A stretch of DNA of 64,000 nt from Methanobacteriota archaeon (GCA_963720465.1 OY970393.1:896001-960000); one strand, 5' to 3'; shown: positions 1 through 10,671, counted from the first letter of the stretch. Program-made: numbers and translations. Notes: generated from the sequence alone by a model not told the origin.

Positions 1-1
1 A

Positions 2-1852
2 CCACAGAAGCGCTCCGACGTTACAAGCGAGAGCACCCCTTATAGCCCGGCATGGTGTGCGATCGTGCACACGCGGGGTAAGTGGCACCCCGGAGATCAC
101 CTGATCTACCTCGATGAAAAGCTGCGCGAAATCGCCGCAGGCCGTATCAAACGCTTAATGGTATTCATGCCGCCAAGGCACGGCAAATCTGAGCTTATCT
201 CAAAGTACTTTTCAGCGTGGTATCTCGGAACCTTCCCCAACAACCACGTGATCCTCGTCTCATACGAAGCCGACCTGGCCGCATCCTGGGGCCGCAAGGC
301 CAGAGAGGTTCTTGACGAGCTTGGAAGCGATTTTGGCGTTACAGTGAAGCAAGAATCAAGTGCCGCCAAGCATTGGGAGATTGAAGGCCATAACGGCGGA
401 ATGGATGCCACGGGTGCGTACGGCCCAATCACTGGAAAAGGTGCCGATGTGCTCATCATCGATGACCCAGTCAAAAACGCAGAAGAGGCATACTCACATG
501 TGCAGCGCGAGAAGCTGTGGGAATGCTACCAATCGACGGCATTCACACGTTTGGAACCAAACGGTGCGATCATCCTAGTAATGACTCGATGGCACGAAGA
601 CGATTTGGCCGGCCGGTTACTCAAGCAAGAGCCAGGGCAGTGGGAGGTTGTTTCGTTGCCAGCCTTAGCCGAAGCCGACGATCTTTTACACCGCGCCGAA
701 GGCGAAGCTCTTTGGCCTGAGCGCTTCCCAGTGGAACAACTTCTGGAGAAAAAGAAGTCAGTCGGTTTGTACTGGTGGAGCGCGATGTATCAACAAAGGC
801 CAGTGCCGGCAGAAGATGGGTTCTTCAAAAGAGATTGGTTACAGTTCTTCGATCCCGAATACGCGCCATATATGGACACGATCATCCAATCGTGGGACAC
901 CGCGCAGACAAAAAGCAGCACGTCAGACTTCGTAGTAGGGCAAGTCTGGGGCAGAATCGGCGGTGATTTCTATTTGCTCGAACAGGTTCGTGGCAGATGG
1001 GATTTTGACGAGACCGTTGCTCAGATCAAAGACCTGTCAAAACACTGGCCCCAATGCGGCGCAAAGATTGTCGAGGCACAAACGTTAGGCGCTGCGCTCG
1101 CGTCACACTTAAAACATCAGATTTCCGGCATTATTCCAATAAGCGTTAAAGCGTCTAAGGAAATTAGGGCATTAAACGCATTACCGGTCTGGCAATCGAA
1201 AAACGTCTATATACCGGAACCGGATGATGGTGAATATGTATGGGTGTACGACTACGTTCGCGAACTGCTTATCTTTCCAAATGCCGTGAATGACGATCAA
1301 GTCGATGCAACAACGTTAGCGTTAAATCAGCTACGAGGACCGTTATTTCCCGATGCGAAAGGCTCTGTGATCGAGAATATTAACTCACAACCATTACTGG
1401 GTAGGCATTACCATATTGCATGGATTCCTGCTCGTCGAGAGGATTCGTATACGGCGCTCGTGTTCGATTTAAGCGATAACACGGTCGTTTCGTTCGGTAA
1501 GTATCTCGCAGAACCCATAGAAAACCAGATCACATCGATGTACCAACTATCACGGATGTATAACGGGGCTGTGGTTCGTGCGATAGATGACTTGGACGAG
1601 GCCTTGCTGTGGGCGTTAGAGCTGAAAGGAGTATACGTTCAACGCTTGCCGAAAGACGTCATTGAGGACATCTACAATCTTTCTACGCACTACTCGAATA
1701 GTGAGCGCTTCGGTCCCGACAGGCCACGACCGCATGGGGCAGCCGGTCATTCGAGTGGATGGATACCGATCTTGAAGGAAGACGAGGAGGAGTTTTTGAA
1801 GAATTTCGAGGAGTTATTGAGGCGGTATAAGATCGAATACATGTTTGTTTGA
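2..1852 (+). CDS. Viral terminase large subunit (TerL), 5'-truncated by the window edge, with an extra degenerate C-terminal domain
   Basis: Frame is open from position 2. Walker A MPPRHGKS, Walker B VLIIDDPVK, coupling motif VMTRWHEDDL, and RNase H-like nuclease motifs SWDTA..SDF and NDDQVDA. Confidence 0.9.
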   Translation, partial: PQKRSDVTSESTPYSPAWCAIVHTRGKWHPGDHLIYLDEKLREIAAGRIKRLMVFMPPRHGKSELISKYFSAWYLGTFPNNHVILVSYEADLAASWGRKAREVLDELGSDFGVTVKQESSAAKHWEIEGHNGGMDATGAYGPITGKGADVLIIDDPVKNAEEAYSHVQREKLWECYQSTAFTRLEPNGAIILVMTRWHEDDLAGRLLKQEPGQWEVVSLPALAEADDLLHRAEGEALWPERFPVEQLLEKKKSVGLYWWSAMYQQRPVPAEDGFFKRDWLQFFDPEYAPYMDTIIQSWDTAQTKSSTSDFVVGQVWGRIGGDFYLLEQVRGRWDFDETVAQIKDLSKHWPQCGAKIVEAQTLGAALASHLKHQISGIIPISVKASKEIRALNALPVWQSKNVYIPEPDDGEYVWVYDYVRELLIFPNAVNDDQVDATTLALNQLRGPLFPDAKGSVIENINSQPLLGRHYHIAWIPARREDSYTALVFDLSDNTVVSFGKYLAEPIENQITSMYQLSRMYNGAVVRAIDDLDEALLWALELKGVYVQRLPKDVIEDIYNLSTHYSNSERFGPDRPRPHGAAGHSSGWIPILKEDEEEFLKNFEELLRRYKIEYMFV

Positions 1853-1910
1853 AAAAGTTCGGCATCGCTGATGATGTTTGTTCAATACCAGCAGTATTAA
1901 AGGTAGGTGC

Positions 1911-3172
1911 ATGGCTGACGAATCACAACTCAAAATTCTGAAGCAGGGTGTTGCTATTTGGAACAAGTGGAGAGAAGACAACCCTCAAATAGAGCCAGAT
2001 CTTTCAGAAGCCCCCCTTGCAGGATATCACCTAGAGAACGTCAATCTCAAGAACGCAAATCTTCAACGTGCTGACCTGAAAAGTGCTTATCTCGACGGTG
2101 CTAGTCTTCAAGGAGCTAACTTTGACAGAGCTAGCCTCCATCGGGCGCAGCTGGTGAACGCTAAGCTCCAAGGAGCACGCTTCTACGATGCTTACCTTAA
2201 TTACGCTTATCTTCAAAATGCCAACCTTAACGACGCTTGCCTAGTAAACGCACGAAGCGTAAGGATTGACCTATACAACGCTCAGCTTAAACGCACACGA
2301 CTTCAAAACGCTGAGCTTATATCTGCAGACCTTTGGAATGCCGACCTAACAGATGCCAACCTCGATGGGGCGAAACTTAGAGGCGCGTATCTTACAGCAG
2401 CTACTTTCAGGAGAGCTAGTCTTGAGGTGCCGATCTTCAAGGAGCGTATCTTTGGGTAGCTAATTTTCAAGATGCTGACCTTGAAGGCGCGAATCTAATT
2501 AGCGCCGTCCTGCGTGAGACTGATTTTACTAATGCAACACTCAGAAATTGCAAGGTGTATAGCACTGCAGTGTGGGATATAAAGGGTGAACCAAAGGAAC
2601 AGAAGAATTTGGTAGTTAGTCCGCCAGACCGCCCAGACGAGCCAGAGGTCGTTGTTGACAATCTCGAAATCGCACAACTAATGTATCTGTTCCGAGAAAA
2701 CAAGAAAGTCCGTGAAGTGCTCAATGCAGTCACATCTAAATTAGTCCTCATCCTTGGTCGGTTTGGAGAACGGAAAAAATATGTCCTCGAACCGATTAGT
2801 GACATGCTTCGGCGGAATACGAACTACTTACCGCTCATCCTTGATTTTGAGCCGCCCGAGGGCCGTGATGTACTCCATACCGTTCAGACGCTTGCCCTGT
2901 TGTCCAGATTTGTGCTTGTTGATCTGACAGAGCCAAAATCTGCGCCGTACGAACTCAATCAGATTGCACCACTCATGATACCGATTCAGCCATTATTACA
3001 GGCTTCTGAAGAAGAGCCTGTTCTATTAGAAGATCTACGCAGAAGATGTCATTGGGTGCTCGAACCTCATTACTACGGCACTGTTGATTCGCTACTTGAA
3101 TCGTTAAGAAGAGAGATCATCACTTCAATAGAGGCCAAAGTGGTGGAATTACAACTGAAAACCCGCGTCTAG
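1911..3172 (+). CDS. Pentapeptide-repeat protein with C-terminal TIR/nucleoside-deoxyribosyltransferase-like alpha/beta domain; one frameshift at ~2424
   Basis: N-terminus MADESQLKILKQGVAIWNKWRE followed by A(N/D)Lxx repeats. Adding one base at cttgaggtgcc continues the repeats (EGADLQGAYLWVANFQDADLEGANL) into ORF 2555-3172, which contains VLILGRF...SRFVLVDLTEPKSAPYEL. Confidence 0.8.
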
Positions 3173-3450
3173 AATGTATCATGACGGGCATACGTGAGCA
3201 AAAATCGTGTGTTTCGATGAGTGCAAAGACCATATTAGTGGAGCGTGATTTTGACGTTCATAATGCGCTCATGTTGTGGCCCCCAAGCACAGCCCGCAAT
3301 CACATCAAGGACGTCTTCGGTTTGAAGTCACCAGATTATCAGATTATTAACCTCATGAGGCAACCGATCTGACTGTTTCTCGGCACATACATAATCACAC
3401 TTCAAAATCGAAAGCTTTACTTCCAAGAATAAAAGTTCTCTCGAAGGAAC

Positions 3451-4332
3451 ATGTTTCCGACTGAGTCCTGGGAACTCATCTCATATGGACACATCCATTG
3501 CGCTCGCTTTTTTTCTGGGAAAGCTATGCAAATGGAGAAAGAATATGGCAATTCGGGAGAGCCTCTAGACAGGTTAGAGCATTTCAAAAGAAGCCTTGAG
3601 CACAGAGCATACGTGATTGGTTCTATTTTTTCTGCGGCTGCATTCTTCGATGCAATAATCAATGAACTCTTTCGAGAAGCTGATAGACGCACAAAGGGGG
3701 AATACGCGCCTCAGCAGGATCTCTTGCGGCAGTTTCTGCCTCCAGATGCCGTCATTCAAGACCCGCTCGAACCGCTATCTTCTGATGTCATCGATTCCAT
3801 GGCTTACGTTTGGAGTCTTAACAAGATCAAATCGGACGACTATACAGGCCTCTATGAAACGCTCAATTATCCTGGAACAGAAAAAGACAGTCGTCCTCGC
3901 AACTGGGCTGTTCTGGACAAGTTCCAATTAGCCCTCTATTTAGCAGGCCAGCATACGCGTACCATAAATTTTGACAAAGAGGACCCTCTGAGAAAAGATG
4001 TGGAACTGCTCATAAATTTGCGTCACTATTTAATGCACTACAGTCCCGAATGGATCGGCTTTCGACCTCACGATCAAACTTACGAAACGCAACAAGACAA
4101 AACTACTAAAACTACTCAGTGGATCAACGAACTGCGTAAGAAAAACTTTCGCAATGCATTTTATCCTGGAAAGAACGGCACCATTGTGGGCAGTAATATC
4201 TTAGTAGGCAGCGTAAGCAGTCTTTTAGGAGCAAACTGCGCTGAGTGGGCCGCAGAGGCAAGCTTAAAGTTCGTCTGTGAGTTTGCCCGAAGAATGCCTG
4301 TGAAGCTATATTCGCTAATGTATTGCGAGTAG
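3451..4332 (+). CDS. Putative HEPN-domain protein
   Basis: 293 aa ORF with helix SIFSAAAFFDAIINE and R-x4-H motif LRHYLMHY. Confidence 0.6.
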   Translation: MFPTESWELISYGHIHCARFFSGKAMQMEKEYGNSGEPLDRLEHFKRSLEHRAYVIGSIFSAAAFFDAIINELFREADRRTKGEYAPQQDLLRQFLPPDAVIQDPLEPLSSDVIDSMAYVWSLNKIKSDDYTGLYETLNYPGTEKDSRPRNWAVLDKFQLALYLAGQHTRTINFDKEDPLRKDVELLINLRHYLMHYSPEWIGFRPHDQTYETQQDKTTKTTQWINELRKKNFRNAFYPGKNGTIVGSNILVGSVSSLLGANCAEWAAEASLKFVCEFARRMPVKLYSLMYCE

Positions 4333-4395
4333 GTATTGTTCTACACATAAGCGCTTGCTTGTTTAGCACCGCGTGCCTCGCTGCGCTGTAATCAT

Positions 4396-4638
4396 CCTGT
4401 CAAAAAGGGGCAACCATTAGCCTGATAAGGCCATTTTTCTAGGTTACATTCCGCGATATTTCTCATTCCCGCTAAACAGATAAAAAACGTTCAAAATCGC
4501 AACCTTTACTTTCGAAAAGGCACATTTTTCGGCATTAACCCTTTCGTGGGGGCCTTCCTTTTGCGATCAGCTACAAAACGCCGAAAAAACACTAGAACAT
4601 TAACACAATCAGGCTAGTTTTTCGCCGCTCTTGACAGG
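4396..4638. mobile_element. MITE-like element with 31-bp imperfect terminal inverted repeats
   Basis: 4396-4426 CCTGTCAAAAAGGGGCAACCATTAGCCTGAT matches the reverse complement of 4608-4638 (CCTGTCAAGAGCGGCGAAAAACTAGCCTGAT) at 23/31 positions. The interior is non-coding and AT-rich. No clear target-site duplication. Confidence 0.55.
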
Positions 4639-4956
4639 TCGCGTGAGATCGCGATCTGTCCTTCTTTTATCCGCAGGTCGGCCTTATCACATCGTGATAT
4701 CGAGTACAATCTTAAGCTTTCACAGCATCTCTTCCCGTTTGTTTGACCGCAATCCTTTGAATTCACACGACAACGTAAACAAGTCTAGTTTACAGCAGTA
4801 TATCGCCACTGCAAGTCTACCGACTGATGGCACCTATAAACGATTAGTTATCGTGGCGGTCAAAAAGACAATGAGCCGTGCCCCCATAAGATCTCGGAAA
4901 TTTATGAATTTGGTGCAGTGCTCGTGACAAAAGTCGTTGGATTCTAGAAGTCAATA

Positions 4957-5385
4957 TTGGGCTTTTTTATCAAGCGTGCCTCATCTTTCCTACAAACTTT
5001 TATTGCTGACCACGTTTCACGAGTAGTGATTTCCGTGAAGATTAGACAGAGCTCGCCGTGCGAGGCAGAGGAAAAGGTTGTCGAAGAAGCACGACAGAGA
5101 CTGCGAAACGCGAAGCAACGTCTCGTTGACGAGACTGGACACGCCGTGCGCGGGCTCTCGGTTGAGACACCCGGACGGGTGCTCGATTGGGGCAACCTTC
5201 GCGCGGCGCAAGAGCAGGTGACGTGTTGGGAGCAGGCTTTAGGGGGTGCTCTTCACGCTTTGGAAGAATGCCGAGCAAAGTATCGTCGTTTAGGCGAGAC
5301 GCGAGAAGCGCTCCCTGCGACGAAAGATGTCGTCGGCGCTATTTCGTCGGGTGGTGTCGGGAGGCAACGGCGCGGAATCCAATGA
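4957..5385 (+). CDS. Hypothetical helical protein (start uncertain)
   Basis: 142 aa ORF with coiled-coil-like stretches (EEKVVEEARQRLRNAKQRL). No recognisable family. Confidence 0.3.
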   Translation: MGFFIKRASSFLQTFIADHVSRVVISVKIRQSSPCEAEEKVVEEARQRLRNAKQRLVDETGHAVRGLSVETPGRVLDWGNLRAAQEQVTCWEQALGGALHALEECRAKYRRLGETREALPATKDVVGAISSGGVGRQRRGIQ

Positions 5386-5701
5386 AGCTACTTGTATCGT
5401 CGAGGCGCGCTCCCGTAGCGGCGATCCAGTGAAGCGTCCAATCGCTTGTCTCACCAATGGCGCGGTCATTGAACGCTCCTCTTATTCGTATGGTTTTCTG
5501 AGCTCGTATGAGTCGCATTAATTCGAGCGTCACGTGGTTGTTGATGGTGCCTAAAACACCCGTGGTGCGCGCGAGATCCTCTTGTTCCACTTCAAAAATG
5601 ACCCACGCTAAGTCAGATTTATCCGTGCCATCAAGGTCAAGGGTAACGTTATCAACGCTTCTATACCCAATCAGTGCCCCCTCGCCAGCCATGACCATCA
5701 A
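5339..5701 (-). CDS. Hypothetical protein
   Basis: 120 aa ORF with protein-like composition and an upstream TATA-like CTTATATC. Confidence 0.35.
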   Translation of the reverse strand: MMVMAGEGALIGYRSVDNVTLDLDGTDKSDLAWVIFEVEQEDLARTTGVLGTINNHVTLELMRLIRAQKTIRIRGAFNDRAIGETSDWTLHWIAATGARLDDTSSFIGFRAVASRHHPTK

Positions 5702-6428
5702 ACTAGGCTGAATGTCCCGACGCGATATAAGCTTACCTCATAAGAGAACTCTCGTCCATTTTGCGCACGCCGCACCACCACGCGATTAACTCCTCCGCAG
5801 AGCATTACACGCTTATAGCGTTATTTTTCAAAAGAACGTCCGCTCTTTCGAGACGGAAGGGCAGCAGAAAGAACGACGTCACGCGTATCTTAGCCCACTA
5901 AGTAAGCGCCTAGTCCTAGGCACGATTATCGATAGGCAAGGCGGCGCGGAGACATCCCAAGGCTAAGAAATGGCCGTACGCGTAAACGCTTTAATAGCAA
6001 TCAAAAAGGCGAGAGCCGGAGCCAAGATAGGGGGAAAGATGACCCCGGCAGTTTGCCACACCACTGCCCACAAAGGAGATATGTTGTGCGTGGTGTTGAA
6101 CAGTAAAGACGCCCGAAGCGGCATAACCGTTTCCCTCAGCATTGTAGGGTGACGTTTGCCGCAGCTCTTTCCACTCATAACGCGTGCAATACCGAAAACG
6201 GGCGCTGTCCTTTAGACGCGTTTGCCGCGTCCTTGTCGCGTACCTCGTCGACAAAGCACTTATTGATGATGAGACCAGTTATACAGGCCACAAAAAAAAC
6301 ATAAGGGCGTTATCGGGACGCAGCTCTGCACAACTTTTCTGATTTCACCTCCAAAAGTGAAGTCGTGGGCCTGCGTTCCTGATACGCGCGCTTGTCTATA
6401 TGCAAGCGTGCCAAGGAGATGAGACAGA

Positions 6429-6641
6429 ATGAAAGTTCCGATGACCCCAGAAAACAAGGAGAGGTGCATTTGCATGAGCTGCCCTACCTATATGCAGAAC
6501 AGCCTTGTGGGTGGTGTGTTTTGCGCTACGGGCATGAGTGAAAAGCCGCCTGCGATGAAGGGATGTAACTGCCCCGGATGCCCTGTGCGTGCCGATTACG
6601 ACCTAGGTTACTTCTGCATGAGCGGCGCTGCTGAAAACTGA
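6429..6641 (+). CDS. DUF2769-like small Cys-rich protein
   Basis: Pattern CICMSCPTY...VFCATG...GCNCPGCPV...YFC, typical of methanogen DUF2769. GGAGA RBS-like sequence upstream. Confidence 0.8.
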   Translation: MKVPMTPENKERCICMSCPTYMQNSLVGGVFCATGMSEKPPAMKGCNCPGCPVRADYDLGYFCMSGAAEN

Positions 6642-6650
6642 CCTGATTAT

Positions 6651-7383
6651 CTAAGAGGACGGGTTGGATATGCGCTCTGCCGGCGTTTCATTGGGCGTGG
6701 TGTTTAGCAGAGAATTGAGCTCAGCCACCCCTTTTATGGCCTTATACCGTTTCTCAGTGATTATATAATCCCCGCGTTCGCTACGCTGCAGGATCATGCC
6801 TCCCTCGAGAAGCTTCGAGAGGTGAAAGAACAGGTTACCCCCCCATGCCAGTGAGCTGAGAGAGTCCCGAGAAGGTATTGGTCGCCCCCGAAAGGGCCTT
6901 CATGATCTGAAGCCGTTGTCGGTTAGCCATCGGCTCGAGGATCTGCGTAACCGTGGTCTCTTCAGGGAGGCTCATGATAGTGTCTCTCTCGGGTTGATCT
7001 ACATCATAGATCTGCATTGATCGCATAATCGCGATCTGGCTGTCGAAGAGCCGCTCAACCTCATTGAAGCACCGCTTACACCGCTGATGGGGTGCCTTGT
7101 CGCGCATCTTTCTCAGGGATGCGACGTTCTCCTGAACCGCATCATCAGGAAATACGGTCTCTCTGCAGAGGGTCGCCGTCCCGTTGAGAACTTCAGCAAA
7201 GAGCGACTTGCAGGTCGCGCGCATCTGACAGTCCTTGACCATCCTGCTCTCAAGCCCGTGCTCCGTTTCTTGGAGGAGATGCGTGACAATGATTTCCGAG
7301 AAGTCCTTGCGGACGCCAGACAGAATCGACTCAACGTGCTGCCGATTAGAGTGCTCAGCAAAGCGTCTCAGGTCGTTGTGCAC
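6651..7383 (-). CDS. ArsR-family winged-helix regulator with Cys-containing N-terminal region; frameshift in a G7 run at 6838-6844 (start uncertain)
   Basis: LEPMANRQRLQIMKAL...FSGLSQLTG continues after the shift as GNLFFHLSKLLEGGMILQRSERGDYIITEK, with TAG at 6651-6653. Confidence 0.75.
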
Positions 7384-7683
7384 TTCGGAGAGCTGGCTTA
7401 AAAAAAGACGAATTTCGCGTAGATTCTGCTGCTAAATGCGTGCACGCTTTTTTTAAACAACAGACCCCTTGTTTACACGTAGTAAGCGAGTAAATTGATT
7501 GACTCCCTCACATCCGTTATCTGTGTCTGTAAAAACTAATGATAGCAACGATTCCGATACCGAAATAACGCCATGAAACAGGTCGCAAGCGCCGGGGTTC
7601 AGAGCTTTCAGGTGAGTTTTTACACGCTCGAACGCGCTCAGAGTAATAAAAAGAAAAAAGTAAAGAGGTTAACGAAAACCCCT

Positions 7684-9618
7684 TTACGACCCCTGCAATG
7701 CCTGTAACTCCTGTATCAGATTCTGCACCTGCGGAAAGAGCTGAGCCTGCGCAGTCGCCGTCCGCACCCAGTCGTTGCCGTCCGGGTTTCCAGTCTTAGC
7801 CCAGCCGTCCATCCGCGGCAGCACTGCCTGTTGTAACGTCGTAGTCGCACCGCCGTAAACGTTGAGTTTCACCTCAAGCTCGGTGACGCTCAGCTCAGCG
7901 AGAAGAACGGTCTTGGTGCCGGGTATGAAGGCTGAGTTAGGGAGCTGCTTAATGGTGGTTCTGAGGGTGGCGAGGTCTTGTAGGACGGATGCCTTGCTTA
8001 CTAGCTTCACGCTGACGCTATTACTCGTGATGCCGGCGTACGTGTCACTGCCGGCGTAGGTGCTGCGGTACTGATAGGTGTTTGCGAGCGGCTCACTCGT
8101 GCTGATGCTGTACGCGCCGGTGGTCGCCGTGGTACACGTCTTCCCACCCACGGCCTGCCAGTTGCCGCTCACGTTCTTCTGGAGCTGTATCGTGGCGCCT
8201 GCGATTGGCGTGCCGTCGGTCGTGCTGAGCGTTCCTGCTATCATGAATGGCTTGGTGATCGCGACCACGGTGGGAGTCGCGGTGGCAGAGAGCTGCGCGG
8301 GGATCTTGTTCACGGTGACAGATACCGGTGCTGATTTCAAGGGGGCCAGCGTGCCCCACTGAACCTGCACTTGTGCATTATACTGTCCTGCGATGTCAGG
8401 CGTAAACGTGAACGTGAGCGTAAACGGTCCCGTGCCAGTGGTCTGACCACCGGAGGGTGTGGGGACCGCGCTGCCTGACGGCGTTACTAAGGACCAACTA
8501 TAGGCCAACGTCCCCGAGACGCCCGAGGGATTGTCGACAGTAGCTCGCACCGTGACCGGTTGGCCGACTCGCGCAGGGTTTGGGGTGGCCCCTATCTGCA
8601 GATCCGTGAGTTGTGGCATATATGCAGTGATTACTGCTGTTTGGGGGGTTGCCGTGAGTGGGGGGTTGCCATTGTCGGCCACCGTGCACGTCACCGTGTA
8701 GGTGCTGGCAGCCACGTAAGCGTGGGTCGCGCTCGCTTGCATCACGCCGGCGGCGACATCAACGGCGGTGGGAGTGCTGCCGTCTCCCCAGTCAAACGTG
8801 ACCGTATGGCTTTGTCCTGCGTCAGGATCGGCAAAGGTAGCGGTCGCGGTGACCGGCGTGTTGATCGCTACGGTCGCAGGAGTGACGGTGAAAGCTGTGA
8901 GTGTGGGGGCGGTGTTCGTTGCCGTTATCGTGACGGTGGCGAATGTCGCGCTCTGTACTCCGAGGCTGTCCGTCACGTTGAGGGCGAAGACGTATTGACC
9001 CGCTACGTCCGGCGTGAAGGTGGGCTGTGATGCAGTGGCGTCCGAGAGTGATTGGGTGACTAAGCTTGTGGCTGGTGCGCTCTGTATGCTCCACGCGTAG
9101 GTGAGCGGGAGGTTGTTGTCGGGGTCGTAGCTTGCGGTGCCGTTTAACGTCACCTTGGTGTTGATGGCAGCCGTCTGGTCGGGTCCCGCGTTTGCGACGG
9201 GTGGCTGGTTTTGTGAGAGTAATGCGACCACGATCGTCGCCGACCAGCCAGATCCTACTTCTCGTTGTAAGGAGGAGAAGGTGACGCTATAGTCCCCGAC
9301 GAGGTTTGCGCTGAACTCAAAGCTCCTCCCGCTGTCTGTGCTTGATCCTCCCGGTGTCGAGAGCGTCCAGGTACCTTCTTCCGTTGCGCTGAGGGTGACA
9401 TTAGTCGGCGGAACGGTCAGGGGGATGTTGACCGTTGCCCCATTGGCCACTGTCCCTGAATACGACAGGGGGTCGGTGGTCATGGAGACTGTCGTGCCTG
9501 GTTCTGCCGCAGTCTTCGGTGCTGTCTGAAGGACAACTCCAAAGGCGGTGAGCACGACCATCGTTATTAGAACAAGTGCTATGAATTTTCGTTTCATGCG
9601 GTATCTCCTCCTTTCCAA
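7684..9618 (-). CDS. Secreted/cell-surface protein with PKD/Ig-like domains
   Basis: Signal peptide (MKRKFIALVLITMVV). NQPPVANAGPDQ...LNGTASYDPD...YAWS and FDWGDGS...HAY PKD motifs. Thr/Ala/Val-rich. Confidence 0.85.
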   Translation of the reverse strand: MERRRYRMKRKFIALVLITMVVLTAFGVVLQTAPKTAAEPGTTVSMTTDPLSYSGTVANGATVNIPLTVPPTNVTLSATEEGTWTLSTPGGSSTDSGRSFEFSANLVGDYSVTFSSLQREVGSGWSATIVVALLSQNQPPVANAGPDQTAAINTKVTLNGTASYDPDNNLPLTYAWSIQSAPATSLVTQSLSDATASQPTFTPDVAGQYVFALNVTDSLGVQSATFATVTITATNTAPTLTAFTVTPATVAINTPVTATATFADPDAGQSHTVTFDWGDGSTPTAVDVAAGVMQASATHAYVAASTYTVTCTVADNGNPPLTATPQTAVITAYMPQLTDLQIGATPNPARVGQPVTVRATVDNPSGVSGTLAYSWSLVTPSGSAVPTPSGGQTTGTGPFTLTFTFTPDIAGQYNAQVQVQWGTLAPLKSAPVSVTVNKIPAQLSATATPTVVAITKPFMIAGTLSTTDGTPIAGATIQLQKNVSGNWQAVGGKTCTTATTGAYSISTSEPLANTYQYRSTYAGSDTYAGITSNSVSVKLVSKASVLQDLATLRTTIKQLPNSAFIPGTKTVLLAELSVTELEVKLNVYGGATTTLQQAVLPRMDGWAKTGNPDGNDWVRTATAQAQLFPQVQNLIQELQALQGS

Positions 9619-10333
9619 GGTGGAGCTATCTGAGATCGCCCAGTTTATTTTTCAGGCGCAACGTATACACAAGGAGGCACACGCAATAAGCGTTGCTTTG
9701 CCTTATCTTGCCAATATTGCCTTCTTTTGTCACTCAGAGGGCTAGCACCGGCTTCGGCCCGTGATGCGTGTCCAAGCTCCAAGCCTGGATTATTGGAATA
9801 ACCCTCATTTTTCCAATCTCTCAGCGTGCACACAGTAAAACATAAGAGCCGCCTTTGCCGCTTAGCGTAAAACGCGCAGCGTGTTTCTTTCACCCCTTCC
9901 GTATCTCCTAGCTCGTTATTTCTTTTTTGATTTCCTTTGATTTCTGGGGCCCCGTTCACGAGGTGACGCAAACCTATGAGTAACGGCCTGGAAAAGTCTT
10001 GCAGCATCAGCAATATTTGGTTTGCGATGCCATGCCTCCAAGACTTACTGCAATCGCCTTGTTTTAGGCACTATCACTAGCGTGCAAGGCGGCAACGGTC
10101 GTGAAAACGAGGCTCACTGTTGACACACCCCTACCACAAGCATCAACAAGGCTAAGACGAAGGCAAGTGCCAGCACCCCATCCAGCACCAAAGTTGATCC
10201 GACGGTGAGGAAAAACTGTAGTGCGATTAGCGGTGACAGAGCAAGCAGGAAGCTCGTCAACCAACAAAATGTGGCGCAAATATCACGTACGCGCCTTGCA
10301 CCTCCAACCTCCTCCCGTCATCAGCTTCGTTCG

Positions 10334-10555
10334 TCAAAATATCATTCTGACGTATAGATCCCGAATATCTCTGTCATTAAACTGAAGGTACACGGCCGTC
10401 GTCGCCATGGAGCTGTGGTCGAGAACCTGCTGCAACCGCCTGATGTCCCAACTATTCCGCACGCAGTGAATCGCAAACGAGTGCCTGAAGGTGTGTGGAT
10501 GGATATCTCTTCCGATCATAGCGCCATACCGCTTCACGAGGTGCCATACTATTCA
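10334..10555 (-). pseudogene. Tyrosine recombinase/integrase, C-terminal catalytic fragment
   Basis: HPHTFRHSFA (H-x-x-R), LDHSS and TAVYL (catalytic Tyr). The N-terminal part is missing. Confidence 0.8.
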
Positions 10556-10671
10556 CAACTCCACCATCTTTAACTCGACTATCGTTAACGCTACTTCCGC
10601 GCCGTTGTAGAACCCTAAGTTATCTAAGCTGTATCCACGACGTTTGATGTCGAACGTGAATTCCCGCTTGA

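Noticed and set aside
1770-1830. Shared EEEF...LL helix in the TerL tail and FmdB tail
   Set aside because: Low-complexity amphipathic similarity, likely coincidental.
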